A DNA stretch of 42,656 nt from an uncultured Anaeroplasmataceae bacterium (GTDB lineage Bacteria > Bacillota_I > Bacilli_A > Acholeplasmatales > Anaeroplasmataceae). The notes under the pieces are model-generated. The model did not search any database. It was not told the DNA's origin and worked only from the letters and a program-made list of their open reading frames with translations. Where the stretch lies: NCBI GenBank assembly GCA_964606905.1, contig CAZSIA010000001.1, forward strand, positions 1-42,656. Reading direction: 5' to 3'. Shown piece after piece: positions 1-9,027 of the stretch (the stretch's first letter is position 1; each line of letters begins with the position of its first letter). The translations under genes were made by a program, and so were the position numbers.

Positions 1-24
1 TTTGTTGTTCGCTTTATTCGTTCA

Positions 25-40
25 TGTTCAGTTTTCAAAG
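25..40 (-). promoter_or_regulatory. rRNA-operon leader-type motif (CTTTGAAAACTGAACA); the rRNA genes would lie beyond the left edge
   Basis: Minus-strand reading of 1-60 gives ...GGTCTTTGAAAACTGAACATGAACGAATAAAGCGAACAACAAA. The CTTTGAAAACT motif is typical of Firmicute rRNA leader and spacer regions. It lies about 30 nt downstream of a strong promoter (69-97). Confidence 0.35.
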
Positions 41-68
41 ACCTACTGACTCTTTAGAGCCGTCATAT

Positions 69-97
69 ATTTTATCACTTCAAAACTATACTGTCAA
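69..97 (-). promoter_or_regulatory. sigma-A type promoter with extended -10, firing leftwards out of the window
   Basis: Minus strand reads TTGACA (97-92), a 17-nt spacer, then TGaTAAAAT (77-69). The -35 is consensus and the -10 is a near-consensus extended box, directly after the tRNA-Tyr 3' end. Confidence 0.55.
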
Positions 98-130
98 CAC
101 TTTTTTCAATATTTTTTTAAATGATAAAAA

Positions 131-215
131 TGGTGGATGGGGACGGTTTCGAACCGCCGAACCCTTAGGGAGCAGATTTACAGTCTGCCGCGTTTAGCCT
201 CTTCGCTACCCATCC
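131..215 (-). tRNA. tRNA-Tyr (anticodon GTA), class II with long variable arm, CCA encoded
   Basis: Reverse complement is GGATGGGTAGCGAAGAGGCTAAACGCGGCAGACTGTAAATCTGCTCCCTAAGGGTTCGGCGGTTCGAAACCGTCCCCATCCACCA. It has a 7-bp acceptor stem GGATGGG/CCCATCC, an anticodon stem GCAGA/TCTGC with loop CTGTAAA, a T-arm GGTTCGAAACC and a terminal CCA. Confidence 0.95.
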
Positions 216-247
216 ATTTATAGGCACCAAATTCATAGTGCTTATTT

Positions 248-276
248 ATTCTACTATAAATGAAAATAAAATGCAA
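248..276 (-). promoter_or_regulatory. candidate promoter for tRNA-Tyr
   Basis: Minus strand reads TTGCAT (276-271), a 17-nt spacer, then TAGAAT (253-248), about 30 nt upstream of the mature tRNA 5' end. Confidence 0.45.
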
Positions 277-385
277 TACTTATTTTTCATTTTTTTACAC
301 TTTTTTTACAAAAGCCATTTTCGATGGTTTTTCATTCCACGTGCGCACGCACATACACATATTATATAATAAATAAGGATAACTA

Positions 386-1141
386 CTAACTACTTTTTGC
401 AACATAAAATTCAAAATATTCAATCCCGTTTTTATTCATTGTTCTTACAATTTCTGTCTTCAATATTCTATTAATTTCAAAGTGTTTAAATGATTTAGTC
501 TCACAAACTATTCTAACACTATAAAATAATTCATTTATTTCTTGAACACCTAAAATTCTTGGTACACTAATAATATTATGATGTTTTATCTTTTTTATGA
601 CACTTTCAATCAAAAAAATAACATCATCAACCGAATATTTATGTAAAATAGGTAAATCAACAATCGCAAGCGAATTATTACGCGAATAATTTATAACCGA
701 GGTAATATCTCCATTAGCGAAATAATGCATTTCCCCATTGTAAGTTAGAATTATTGTTGTTTTAAGTCCCAACTCTAAAACTTCACCAACAACATTATTA
801 ATGGAAACAAATTCTTTAACAACATATTGATTTTCAAAAATTATAAAAAATCCATTTATCATATCTTTCATAAGTTTTTGCAGGCCAAATCCTAATAAAA
901 TGCCCAATAGACTTGCACCAGCTAATACAGAGGCTGTATCAATACCACCAATAGCTAATATAATAAATAAACCAACCATTAATCCGCCATACTTAATAAG
1001 ATTAATCACTAACAAAAATATTGTTTCTTTCCGCTTTGATACTTTACCGATAATTATCTTTTTAAAAAATAAATTGGCAATGAAATGAATACTAAAAATC
1101 ACAACAACGACAAAAGCCATTAATAAGATCTTATCAAACAT
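386..1141 (-). CDS. small-conductance mechanosensitive channel (MscS family)
   Basis: 251-aa ORF with three N-terminal TM segments followed by an MscS-type beta domain (VGEVLELGLKTTIILTYNGEMHYFANGDITSVINYS). Confidence 0.8.
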   Translation of the reverse strand: MFDKILLMAFVVVVIFSIHFIANLFFKKIIIGKVSKRKETIFLLVINLIKYGGLMVGLFIILAIGGIDTASVLAGASLLGILLGFGLQKLMKDMINGFFIIFENQYVVKEFVSINNVVGEVLELGLKTTIILTYNGEMHYFANGDITSVINYSRNNSLAIVDLPILHKYSVDDVIFLIESVIKKIKHHNIISVPRILGVQEINELFYSVRIVCETKSFKHFEINRILKTEIVRTMNKNGIEYFEFYVAKSS

Positions 1142-1184
1142 TCTATCACCAATTAATATTTTGTATTTAATTATATTATTTATA

Positions 1185-1355
1185 CTACTTAGTTTGTTTT
1201 ATTTTTTTATCTAACTCAAATTTGCTCATCATTACAACTCGCCCACAACCACAACATTCAAGTTTAAAATCAGCTCCTGTTCTAATGATCTTCCATTCAT
1301 TACTGCCACAAACATGAGTTTTTTTAGTTTTAACTATTTGATTCAATTTATACAT
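1185..1355 (-). CDS. DUF951 family small protein (YyzM-like), 56 aa; not in the supplied ORF track
   Basis: Hand translation gives MYKLNQIVKTKKTHVCGSNEWKIIRTGADFKLECCGCGRVVMMSKFELDKKIKQTK, with ATG at 1355 and TAG at 1187-1185. The pattern HxCGSNEW..R.GAD.K..C..CG matches DUF951. It lies 11 nt after the rsmG stop. Confidence 0.75.
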   Translation of the reverse strand: MYKLNQIVKTKKTHVCGSNEWKIIRTGADFKLECCGCGRVVMMSKFELDKKIKQTK

Positions 1356-1366
1356 ATTATCACGTC

Positions 1367-2065
1367 CTACAATGGATTTTTCTTAATTGAAGCAAATGCA
1401 CGAGGATATTTTAAAGGACATTTTTCAAAATGTTCAATCAATATCAACACCCTTTTACTTTCTTCTTTAGGCAAATAATATTCAGCTTGACGAACGATTT
1501 TACCCTTTAACAAGTTCAACGAATTACCTTCGTTAATTTCTTCTTCAGCATTTTTACCCTTCATACTTATAAAATAACCACCAACTTTTACAAGAGGAAT
1601 ACATAATTCATTTAATATATTAGCTCTTGCTACAGCTCTTGCAGTCACAACATCAAATGACTCGCGATGATCTTTTGCATATTCTTCAGCTCTACCATGA
1701 ACCAAAGTAACATCAGATAATCCTAATTTAGCAACTAATTGTTTTAAAAATGTAATTCTTTTATCAAGTCCATCAACAATTGTAACCTTTAAATGTGGAT
1801 ATACAATCTTTAAAGGAATACTAGGAAAACCAGCTCCGCTTCCGACATCACAAATTGTTTCGACATCGTTTAAATCTAACACTTCGCCAACCAAAATACT
1901 ATCGTAAAAATGTTTAATGTAAACATCATCAACTTCAGTAATAGCGGTCAAATTTACATTTTCATTATATTCTACTAAAAATTTATAATAAATTCGAAAC
2001 TGTTCTAACTGTCTTTCAGATAATTGCTTATTAATTTTTTCTAACAAAATATTAAAATCCATCAA
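1367..2065 (-). CDS. rsmG: 16S rRNA (guanine527-N7)-methyltransferase RsmG (GidB)
   Basis: 232 aa with SAM motif DVGSGAGFPSIPLKI. It overlaps the mnmG stop by 4 nt, the classic mnmG-rsmG pairing. Confidence 0.9.
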   Translation of the reverse strand: MMDFNILLEKINKQLSERQLEQFRIYYKFLVEYNENVNLTAITEVDDVYIKHFYDSILVGEVLDLNDVETICDVGSGAGFPSIPLKIVYPHLKVTIVDGLDKRITFLKQLVAKLGLSDVTLVHGRAEEYAKDHRESFDVVTARAVARANILNELCIPLVKVGGYFISMKGKNAEEEINEGNSLNLLKGKIVRQAEYYLPKEESKRVLILIEHFEKCPLKYPRAFASIKKNPL

Positions 2066-3918
2066 CGTACACCGCCTTTTATATAGACTGACAACACCGC
2101 AATATCTGCTGGATTAACACCACTAATTCTAGATGCTTGACCGATTGTTAGAGGTCTTATTTCTTTAAGTTTTTCTCTTGCTTCTAATGCGATATTTAAA
2201 ATATCATCATAATTAATATCCGAAGGAATTTTACGCAATTCATTAGAAATTAATTTTTCAGCTTCTTTAAAAGCCTTCTTAATATATCCTTCATATTTTA
2301 TTTCAATTTCAGCTTGCTTAATAATACTTAAAGGATATTCGATGTCAAAATTATCCTTAATAAAAAATGAGGTAACTTCAGGACGCTTTATCAAATCAAA
2401 AAGCGTTGTTCCGTTATTAAGCATAGATGAATTAATTTTCAACAAAGCTTCATTAAGTGCTTTTGTTGGAGAAACCTTCATTCCTTTCATAAGTTCAATG
2501 CAATTAACAATGTCTTCTTTTTTCTTTAAAATTGCTTGATTTTGTTCCTCACTAATCAAACCTACTTTATATCCATATTCACGCAATCTTAAATCTGCAT
2601 TATCATGTCTTAATAATAAGCGATATTCAGCCCTAGATGTTAATAAACGATATGGTTCTGTAGTTCCTTTAGTAACTAAGTCATCAATCAATACGCCAAT
2701 ATAAGCTTCATGTCTTTGTAAAACAAATGGCTCCATATTGCGGATTTTTAAACTTGCATTAATCCCTGCCATAAGTCCTTGTGCAGCTGCTTCTTCATAT
2801 CCAGAAGTTGAATTAATCTGGCCAGCACAATACAAATTTTCAATTATTTTTGTCTCCAATGTTGGCCATAAATTAATCGGATTAATTGCATCATATTCAA
2901 TCGCGTAAGCATATTTAGTAATAACTGCATTTTCTAATCCTGGTATCAAATGAACCATTTTATCTTGTATTTCTATTGGCATCGAAGTAGAAAATCCACC
3001 TAAATATATTTCATCTAAAGATAAACTTTCAGGTTCAATGAAAATTTGATGACGTTCCTTATCATTAAAACGAACAACCTTAGTCTCAATAGATGGGCAA
3101 TATCTTGGACCAACGCCCTCAATAATTCCACCATACATCGCAGAAGCATCTAAATTGTTCATAATAATATTATGAATATCTTTATTAGTGTATGTTAAAT
3201 AACAAGGAACTTCATTCCCACTCAGATTAGGAATATATCCATCAAAACTAAAATTAGTAACTTCACTATCACCAGGCTCTAACGAAACCTTAGAATAATC
3301 AATCGAATCTTTTTTTATTCTTGGAGGAGTTCCTGTTTTAAGCCTTGTAACATCAAAACCTAAACGCTTAAGTTGTGCACTAATTCCATATGTTGTAACT
3401 TCACCATCGGGACCTTCAATTTTAAAGTCATGTCCTCTTAAAGTTTTACTGTTTAAATATGTACCAGTTGTTAAAATTATAGCCTTTGCATATAATTTAG
3501 TGTCATCCGCCAATTTTACTCCTACTGCTTTATCATCTTCTACTAATACTTCTTCTACTAATGCTTCTAAAAGTGTAAGATTTTCTAGTCTCTCTAAAGC
3601 TTTACGCATTTCTTTTGGGTATTCTACTTTATCAGATTGAACACGCAAAGCTTGAACAGCAGGACCTTTGGAACTGTTTAACATTTTGGTTTGAATTTGA
3701 GTTAAATCCGCAATTTTACCTTGAATGCCTCCTAGAGCATCTATCTCACGAACAACAATTCCTTTTGCCGGTCCACCAATAGATGGGTTACATGGTAATT
3801 TTGCTAATTGATTCAAATCTCCTGATATTAACATTGTTTTAAGTCCAATTTTGCTGACAGCATGGGCTGCTTCACATCCGGCGTGGCCACCACCAACAAC
3901 AATTACGTCATAATTCAT
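2062..3918 (-). CDS. mnmG: tRNA uridine 5-carboxymethylaminomethyl modification enzyme MnmG (GidA)
   Basis: 618 aa with N-terminal FAD motif YDVIVVGGGHAGCEAA. MnmG signatures GPRYCPSIE and AGQINGTSGYEEAA-like (AGQINSTSGYEEAAAQG) are present. Confidence 0.95.
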   Translation of the reverse strand: MNYDVIVVGGGHAGCEAAHAVSKIGLKTMLISGDLNQLAKLPCNPSIGGPAKGIVVREIDALGGIQGKIADLTQIQTKMLNSSKGPAVQALRVQSDKVEYPKEMRKALERLENLTLLEALVEEVLVEDDKAVGVKLADDTKLYAKAIILTTGTYLNSKTLRGHDFKIEGPDGEVTTYGISAQLKRLGFDVTRLKTGTPPRIKKDSIDYSKVSLEPGDSEVTNFSFDGYIPNLSGNEVPCYLTYTNKDIHNIIMNNLDASAMYGGIIEGVGPRYCPSIETKVVRFNDKERHQIFIEPESLSLDEIYLGGFSTSMPIEIQDKMVHLIPGLENAVITKYAYAIEYDAINPINLWPTLETKIIENLYCAGQINSTSGYEEAAAQGLMAGINASLKIRNMEPFVLQRHEAYIGVLIDDLVTKGTTEPYRLLTSRAEYRLLLRHDNADLRLREYGYKVGLISEEQNQAILKKKEDIVNCIELMKGMKVSPTKALNEALLKINSSMLNNGTTLFDLIKRPEVTSFFIKDNFDIEYPLSIIKQAEIEIKYEGYIKKAFKEAEKLISNELRKIPSDINYDDILNIALEAREKLKEIRPLTIGQASRISGVNPADIAVLSVYIKGGVR

Positions 3919-4093
3919 CTTATATCACCAACTTGCATTAGTATTATATCATAATTGCTAATGTTGCATAGGAAAAATATTACATATTTTTTTAAAAAAA
4001 GTTGTTAGCGTTTTCAAAAAAAAGTAGTGCAATTATAACTGACTTGTATTATAATAGTTATATAAAATCGATTTTGTTAGGGAGGAAATTGAA

Positions 4094-4396
4094 ATGAAAT
4101 TAATCTTAGGCAATCCAGGCAGTGGTAAAACTAAAGCACTTTTAGCATTAAGCGAAAAAAATAACGTTCCTATTCTTTGTGAATCTAGTGCTAGGGTACA
4201 ACGTCTTTTAGTAAAGGCTAGTAACTATGGATATCATATTCCTACTCCAGTTACTGCATTAGATTTAAACGCTGAAATTACTGAAGTATACATCGATGAC
4301 GTTAAGAGACTTTTAGACACTCTTTTACGTGTGAATGTTGAATGTGTTACAGTTAATAGAGATGACTCTTTAGAAATTAAGGATTTAGATTTATAA
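4094..4396 (+). CDS. hypothetical 100-aa protein with an N-terminal Walker A motif
   Basis: SD AGGGAGGAAA lies 6 nt before the ATG. The N-terminus reads MKLILGNPGSGKTKAL, with a possible Walker B at VYIDDV. A terminator follows. Confidence 0.5.
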   Translation: MKLILGNPGSGKTKALLALSEKNNVPILCESSARVQRLLVKASNYGYHIPTPVTALDLNAEITEVYIDDVKRLLDTLLRVNVECVTVNRDDSLEIKDLDL

Positions 4397-4427
4397 TTTT
4401 AGAAATCTTATCTTTTTTGAGAAAAAT

Positions 4428-4452
4428 AAAAACCGCGATTTGCGGTTTTTTT
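4428..4452. terminator. bidirectional rho-independent terminator between convergent genes
   Basis: Stem AACCGC (4431-4436) / GCGGTT (4442-4447) with loop GATTT. An A-run lies upstream and a T-run downstream, so it can act on both strands. Confidence 0.7.
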
Positions 4453-5107
4453 ATTCTTCAGTCGAATTATTTTCTTCAACTACTTCCTCTGTTAAATCAG
4501 CAGGAACTTCTTCTTCATCATTAATTCCAAAGAATTCATCATAATGAGCTTGTTGTTCATTTAATAAATCTTCAAAACGTTTATGACCGATAATGTTTTT
4601 AATTTTACCAATTGCTTCATCGTTGTGTTTATTAACAATTGAATCAACCTTTTTATTAACAACAACATTAACAATAATAAAGCCAACTAATGTAATAGCC
4701 ATAGCTACAGTTTGACCCGTTTGACCTAATTGATTTGCAAAAACCATTAATAAAACGAATACAACGAACACTAAAATTGAAACAGGAATAAAAATAAATT
4801 TCATTACCTTACCACGTTCTTTTTCTACTGCATCCCAAAAATCAATCATACATTGATTAACTCGTTTTCCATAAAGTTCGCGTAAACGAGGATAATAAGT
4901 ATCTTCTAATATTAATTTATATCTTTTTCCATCTACACTAGACCAAATTGCAAACTTTGCTTTTGGAGCGTATTCATTAAATAAAACTTCATTTGAATTT
5001 AAACTGTGTAATTCAATAACTACACCATTATTTAATTCTTGAACGTCAAAAGGGTCAGTTGTAACTGCATTATATATTTTAGGATTAATTTTCATAATTA
5101 TATTCAC
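4451..5107 (-). CDS. hypothetical membrane protein (soluble N-domain, two central TM helices, acidic C-tail)
   Basis: 218-aa ORF with TM segments FIFIPVSILVFVVFVLLMVF and VAMAITLVGFIIVNVVV. I recognise no family. Confidence 0.5.
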   Translation of the reverse strand: MNIIMKINPKIYNAVTTDPFDVQELNNGVVIELHSLNSNEVLFNEYAPKAKFAIWSSVDGKRYKLILEDTYYPRLRELYGKRVNQCMIDFWDAVEKERGKVMKFIFIPVSILVFVVFVLLMVFANQLGQTGQTVAMAITLVGFIIVNVVVNKKVDSIVNKHNDEAIGKIKNIIGHKRFEDLLNEQQAHYDEFFGINDEEEVPADLTEEVVEENNSTEE

Positions 5108-5120
5108 CTCAAAGAATATT

Positions 5121-5150
5121 TTAACATAAATAATTTATTTATGGTATAAT
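5121..5150 (+). promoter_or_regulatory. candidate promoter for the 5223-6997 two-component operon
   Basis: TTAACA (5121-5126), an 18-nt spacer, then extended -10 TGgTATAAT (5142-5150). Confidence 0.4.
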
Positions 5151-5222
5151 ATTTTAAAAGATTAGTTTTAAAAAATACTGGTTTTTTACAAAAATATAAA
5201 TTATGTTAGGAATTGATGTGGA

Positions 5223-5903
5223 ATGCTAAATAAAAACATCTTATTAGCAGAAGATGAACCAACAATACAACGCTTAGTTAGAACATATTTTGAACATGAC
5301 AATTACACTGTTTATACTGCTTCTAACGGTGAAGAAGCTATAAAAATCTTCAAAGAAGTTAAGATCGACTTAGTTTGTCTAGATATAATGATGCCAATAA
5401 TGGACGGATTTGAAGTTACAAAAATTATTCGTGCCTCATCTGAAGTCCCAATTATCGTAATGACAGCACTGCAATCAGAAGAAGATATATTAAAAGGGTA
5501 TAGCTTACATATTGATGATTATATTACAAAGCCTTTTAATCCTAAAGTTCTTTTAGCAAAAGTAAACAATTTAATGTTACGCCTTGATAAAGAAAATTCT
5601 TTGAGAATGGAATATAAAATTGGCGAATTATCCTTTGACTTTATCAACAATTCAGTTTCATTTGAAGGTAAACCGCTTGAATTAACAAAAACAGAATTTA
5701 AAATGTTATCATTCTTAGCTAAAAACAACAATAAGGTTTGCTCACGAGAACTTCTTTTGGATGAGGTTTGGGGACTAGATGTTTATGTAGATGATAGAAT
5801 AGTTGATGCATATATCAAAAAATTAAGAAAAATAATAGCTCCAAAAAAATATATAAGAACAGTTTTTGGTGTTGGCTATCGCTTTAGTATTGAGGAAAAA
5901 TGA
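5223..5903 (+). CDS. response regulator, OmpR/PhoB family (receiver plus winged-helix)
   Basis: Acidic pocket LLAEDEP, phospho-acceptor context DLVCLDIMMPIMDG, conserved KPF, and a C-terminal trans_reg_C-like end VFGVGYRF. Confidence 0.9.
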   Translation: MLNKNILLAEDEPTIQRLVRTYFEHDNYTVYTASNGEEAIKIFKEVKIDLVCLDIMMPIMDGFEVTKIIRASSEVPIIVMTALQSEEDILKGYSLHIDDYITKPFNPKVLLAKVNNLMLRLDKENSLRMEYKIGELSFDFINNSVSFEGKPLELTKTEFKMLSFLAKNNNKVCSRELLLDEVWGLDVYVDDRIVDAYIKKLRKIIAPKKYIRTVFGVGYRFSIEEK

Positions 5904-6997
5904 AAAAACTATTAAGAAAATTTTCGTTACAAACCCAAATCATTTTTGTCAATAGTTCTTTACTTCTGCTATCGTTAGTCATCTATTTTATATACATAAG
6001 CATAATTGATTCTTCCAACACATATATAAATAATCCTACTTTATTCAATGTTTTATATTGGATAGTAATAATTGTTGTTTTAATATTTATAAGTGCGTTT
6101 GTTACCGAAAAAATTACATTACCAGCAAAAGAATTTATAGGCTATGCAAAAGAATTTGAACATATAAACTTTAAAAAAATTGCAGACCAAATGACAAATT
6201 CAGATTTCATTAAACTAGCTAATGCTTTTAACGAGTTACAAACAAAACTTCATGAAACTATTGAAAAACTACAACTAAACAACAATAAAATTGTCAAGTT
6301 AAACGAAGATTTAAAAAATGAATTAATTCATAAAAGAAACCTTGTTGCCTCTATTTCACACGATATAAAAACGCCACTCACAATAATTGCAGCAACCATT
6401 TCAGCAATATCTGATGGTCTTTTTACGCCAGAAGAGACACAATTAGAATTAGAAAATGTTTTAAATGAAATAGAAACAACCAAAAAAATGTTACAAGATA
6501 CAATTAATATTTACAGAATTGAATCAGAAATTAGTGAAGAGAAATTTGAAGAATTTCAACTAATTGAAGTTATCAATTCAGTAACACACGATCTAAGCAA
6601 ATTAATTGCTAAATACAAACATTCACTTCATCTAAACCTTCCATGTGATATCAAACTTAACGCCGATAAAGAAAAAATTAGTATGGTAATTAAAAATTTA
6701 ATCATCAACGCAATCATCCATTCACCAGAAGGAAATAGTATTAATATAAACATTGTAACGAACAAAATAAATTCTATCTTAGAAATAATAAATACAGGAA
6801 TTAACATTTCTGATGAAGATATTAAAAACATCTTCAAACCGTTTTATAGAGTTGATAAATCTAGAACAAAAAAGGATGATTTCGGTAATGGATTAGGACT
6901 ATATATTACCAAAGAAATTTTAGACAAACACAATTTAAAAATTAATGTTGAAAACATCGAAAATGGAGTAAAATTTTATATCATTTTTAAGCAGTAA
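5900..6997 (+). CDS. sensor histidine kinase (two TM helices with a ~14-aa outer loop, HisKA plus HATPase_c)
   Basis: H-box SISHDIKTPLT, N-box LIINAIIHSPEG and G-box GNGLGLYITKEIL. The start overlaps the regulator stop (ATGA). Confidence 0.9.
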   Translation: MKKLLRKFSLQTQIIFVNSSLLLLSLVIYFIYISIIDSSNTYINNPTLFNVLYWIVIIVVLIFISAFVTEKITLPAKEFIGYAKEFEHINFKKIADQMTNSDFIKLANAFNELQTKLHETIEKLQLNNNKIVKLNEDLKNELIHKRNLVASISHDIKTPLTIIAATISAISDGLFTPEETQLELENVLNEIETTKKMLQDTINIYRIESEISEEKFEEFQLIEVINSVTHDLSKLIAKYKHSLHLNLPCDIKLNADKEKISMVIKNLIINAIIHSPEGNSININIVTNKINSILEIINTGINISDEDIKNIFKPFYRVDKSRTKKDDFGNGLGLYITKEILDKHNLKINVENIENGVKFYIIFKQ

Positions 6998-7026
6998 AGG
7001 GTAGCTCAAGCGAACTACCCTTTTTT
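6998..7026. terminator. rho-independent terminator after the kinase gene, shared with convergent potD
   Basis: Stem AGGGTAG (6998-7004) / CTACCCT (7015-7021) followed by TTTTTT. Confidence 0.7.
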
Positions 7027-7030
7027 AATT

Positions 7031-8152
7031 TTACTTCTTAACTTTCTTATAAATCAAATCATATTTTTCATAAGTCTTTGTTCCTAAATACTTATAAATT
7101 TGACCATTAGTAATATTACCTGGGTAATAAACAGGTAAATCAGTTATGCCTTCAAATTCAGAATCAGTTAACATTGCATTTAAAACACTCGTTTGTGTAG
7201 GGCAATATCCAACATATTGAGCATTTCTTAATGAGTTTTCATATCCAATCATAAAATCAATAAACTTATAAGCTAATTCTTCATTCATTGAATTATTTGG
7301 AATAACCATACCGTCAAAAAATACATTATTATTCATAGGCGCTATCATATCAAAAGAAATATGAGGGTCATCTGATTCTTCATATACTGAATAAAGTGTA
7401 TCAAAGAAGTCGCCAGAATATACTAAAGCTAAATCATACTTTCCGCTAGCTACGCCAGTTTTAAGTTCATCAGTAGCCCATGCATGATAATTCATACCCT
7501 CAAGCGAACTACTAGCTTTTTCTAATTCATCTTCTTTTTTTGTATTTAAACTATATCCATTATAAAGAAGTGAACTTGCGATACTATCGCGTGCACTTGC
7601 GTACATTCCAATCTTTACAGCACCTAATAATTCTTTTTCAAACAATACATTCCAACCATTTTCTTCAATAATTGAAACTTGCTCTTCACTTAAATTATCT
7701 GTATTATACATAATTCCCAAACTTCCCCAAAAATAAGGAACACAATAAGCTTCTAATTCTGGACAGTCTTTTCGAATCAAATTCATTAATTTAGAATCAA
7801 AATTATTCACGTTATAATTTTCCAATTTTGAAAAATCAAGAGGTTTAATAATAGGAACGTCTACTCCTTCTTCATCACATAAAATCATTTGACCAATCAT
7901 GTAATCTGATGGAATTGCGATATCATAAGGAGCGGCATCACTCATAATTTTTGAAAACATTGTTTCATTTGATTGAGCTATATCTAAAATCACATTGCAG
8001 TTATATAACTCTTCAAATTCCTCAATTAAATCTTCATCAATATATTCATCCCAATTCAAGATGTATAAATCGTTAGTATTATTACAACCAACTAAATTAA
8101 AAGATAAGACAGCAATTAAGAAAAGAAAAACCAACTCAATTTTATTTTTCAC
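7031..8152 (-). CDS. potD: spermidine/putrescine ABC transporter substrate-binding lipoprotein
   Basis: 373 aa with signal peptide and lipobox LVGC. It has PotD/PotF-like composition and is the last gene of a potABCD string. Confidence 0.85.
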   Translation of the reverse strand: MKNKIELVFLFLIAVLSFNLVGCNNTNDLYILNWDEYIDEDLIEEFEELYNCNVILDIAQSNETMFSKIMSDAAPYDIAIPSDYMIGQMILCDEEGVDVPIIKPLDFSKLENYNVNNFDSKLMNLIRKDCPELEAYCVPYFWGSLGIMYNTDNLSEEQVSIIEENGWNVLFEKELLGAVKIGMYASARDSIASSLLYNGYSLNTKKEDELEKASSSLEGMNYHAWATDELKTGVASGKYDLALVYSGDFFDTLYSVYEESDDPHISFDMIAPMNNNVFFDGMVIPNNSMNEELAYKFIDFMIGYENSLRNAQYVGYCPTQTSVLNAMLTDSEFEGITDLPVYYPGNITNGQIYKYLGTKTYEKYDLIYKKVKK

Positions 8153-8154
8153 TA

Positions 8155-9027
8155 TTATCTAACCGCCTTTCTTTTCGCTTGGTTTTTATTTGAAAGAACG
8201 TTATAAACTACTAAAACTACAAACATCACAACCGTTAAAATCGAATAAAATGCGTAAGCACTTTGAATATTTCCATAGCGGTTATTTCCACTACTTGAAT
8301 AAATCCAAATTGATAAATTTTGAATCTTAGCCCCACTTACAAAATATGAAATAGTAAAATCATCAATACTCATTGTAAACGCTAAGACAGCGCCAGAAAA
8401 AATCCCTCCCATAATCGATGGGATAATAACCTTTCTTAAGGCTTGGTTTGGTTTACAACCTAAATCTAGTGCCGCATCAAATAGATTTTCATCAATTTCA
8501 TTAAGTTTTGGTAGTACACTTAAAACTACATAAGGTAGACTAAAGAAAATATGGGAAATTAATAATGTAGTATATCCTAATGGATATCTAATATTAAGCA
8601 TATTTCCAATAACCTTAAATACAAAGAATAAAAATACACCAGAAACTATATCAGCATTTAAAATTGGAAGATTATTTAGTAGAATTAAACCTTGTCTTTT
8701 CTTTTTCGATAAAGAATTAATACCGATGGCGAATAAAGTTCCTAAAACTGTTGAGATAACAGTAGATAAAATAGAAATTGTCAAAGTATTCATAATAGCG
8801 TCTGTCAATTTCTTCTTTGAAAACATTTGTAAATACCAATTAAATGTAAAGTCTTTAAACTCGTTTCCTACAAGTGATGAGTTAAAAGATAAAATAATGA
8901 TAAATAAAACCGGAAGATACATTAATACTAAAATAATAGAAATATAAATAATTTGTGCAATCTTCCAAGAAGCATTTTTAACTTTTATTGACGTTGGAGT
9001 AGGAACAACATATGTATCATTCATCAT
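8155..9027 (-). CDS. potC: spermidine/putrescine ABC transporter permease
   Basis: 290 aa, six TM helices, EAA-type loop (FDAALDLGCKPNQALRKVIIP). Its start overlaps the potB stop. Confidence 0.85.
   Translation of the reverse strand: MMNDTYVVPTPTSIKVKNASWKIAQIIYISIILVLMYLPVLFIIILSFNSSLVGNEFKDFTFNWYLQMFSKKKLTDAIMNTLTISILSTVISTVLGTLFAIGINSLSKKKRQGLILLNNLPILNADIVSGVFLFFVFKVIGNMLNIRYPLGYTTLLISHIFFSLPYVVLSVLPKLNEIDENLFDAALDLGCKPNQALRKVIIPSIMGGIFSGAVLAFTMSIDDFTISYFVSGAKIQNLSIWIYSSSGNNRYGNIQSAYAFYSILTVVMFVVLVVYNVLSNKNQAKRKAVR

Noticed and set aside
3919-4093. Replication origin next to mnmG/rsmG (DnaA-box cluster).
   Set aside because: I found no TTATCCACA/TGTGGATAA-like boxes in this spacer. dnaA, dnaN, parAB and rnpA/rpmH are not in the window.
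5900-5903. Possibility that the genome uses the Mycoplasma code (TGA = Trp), given the Mollicute-like composition.
   Set aside because: TGA terminates the response-regulator gene in the ATGA overlap with the kinase start. All long ORFs close properly under the standard code without unusually short C-termini.
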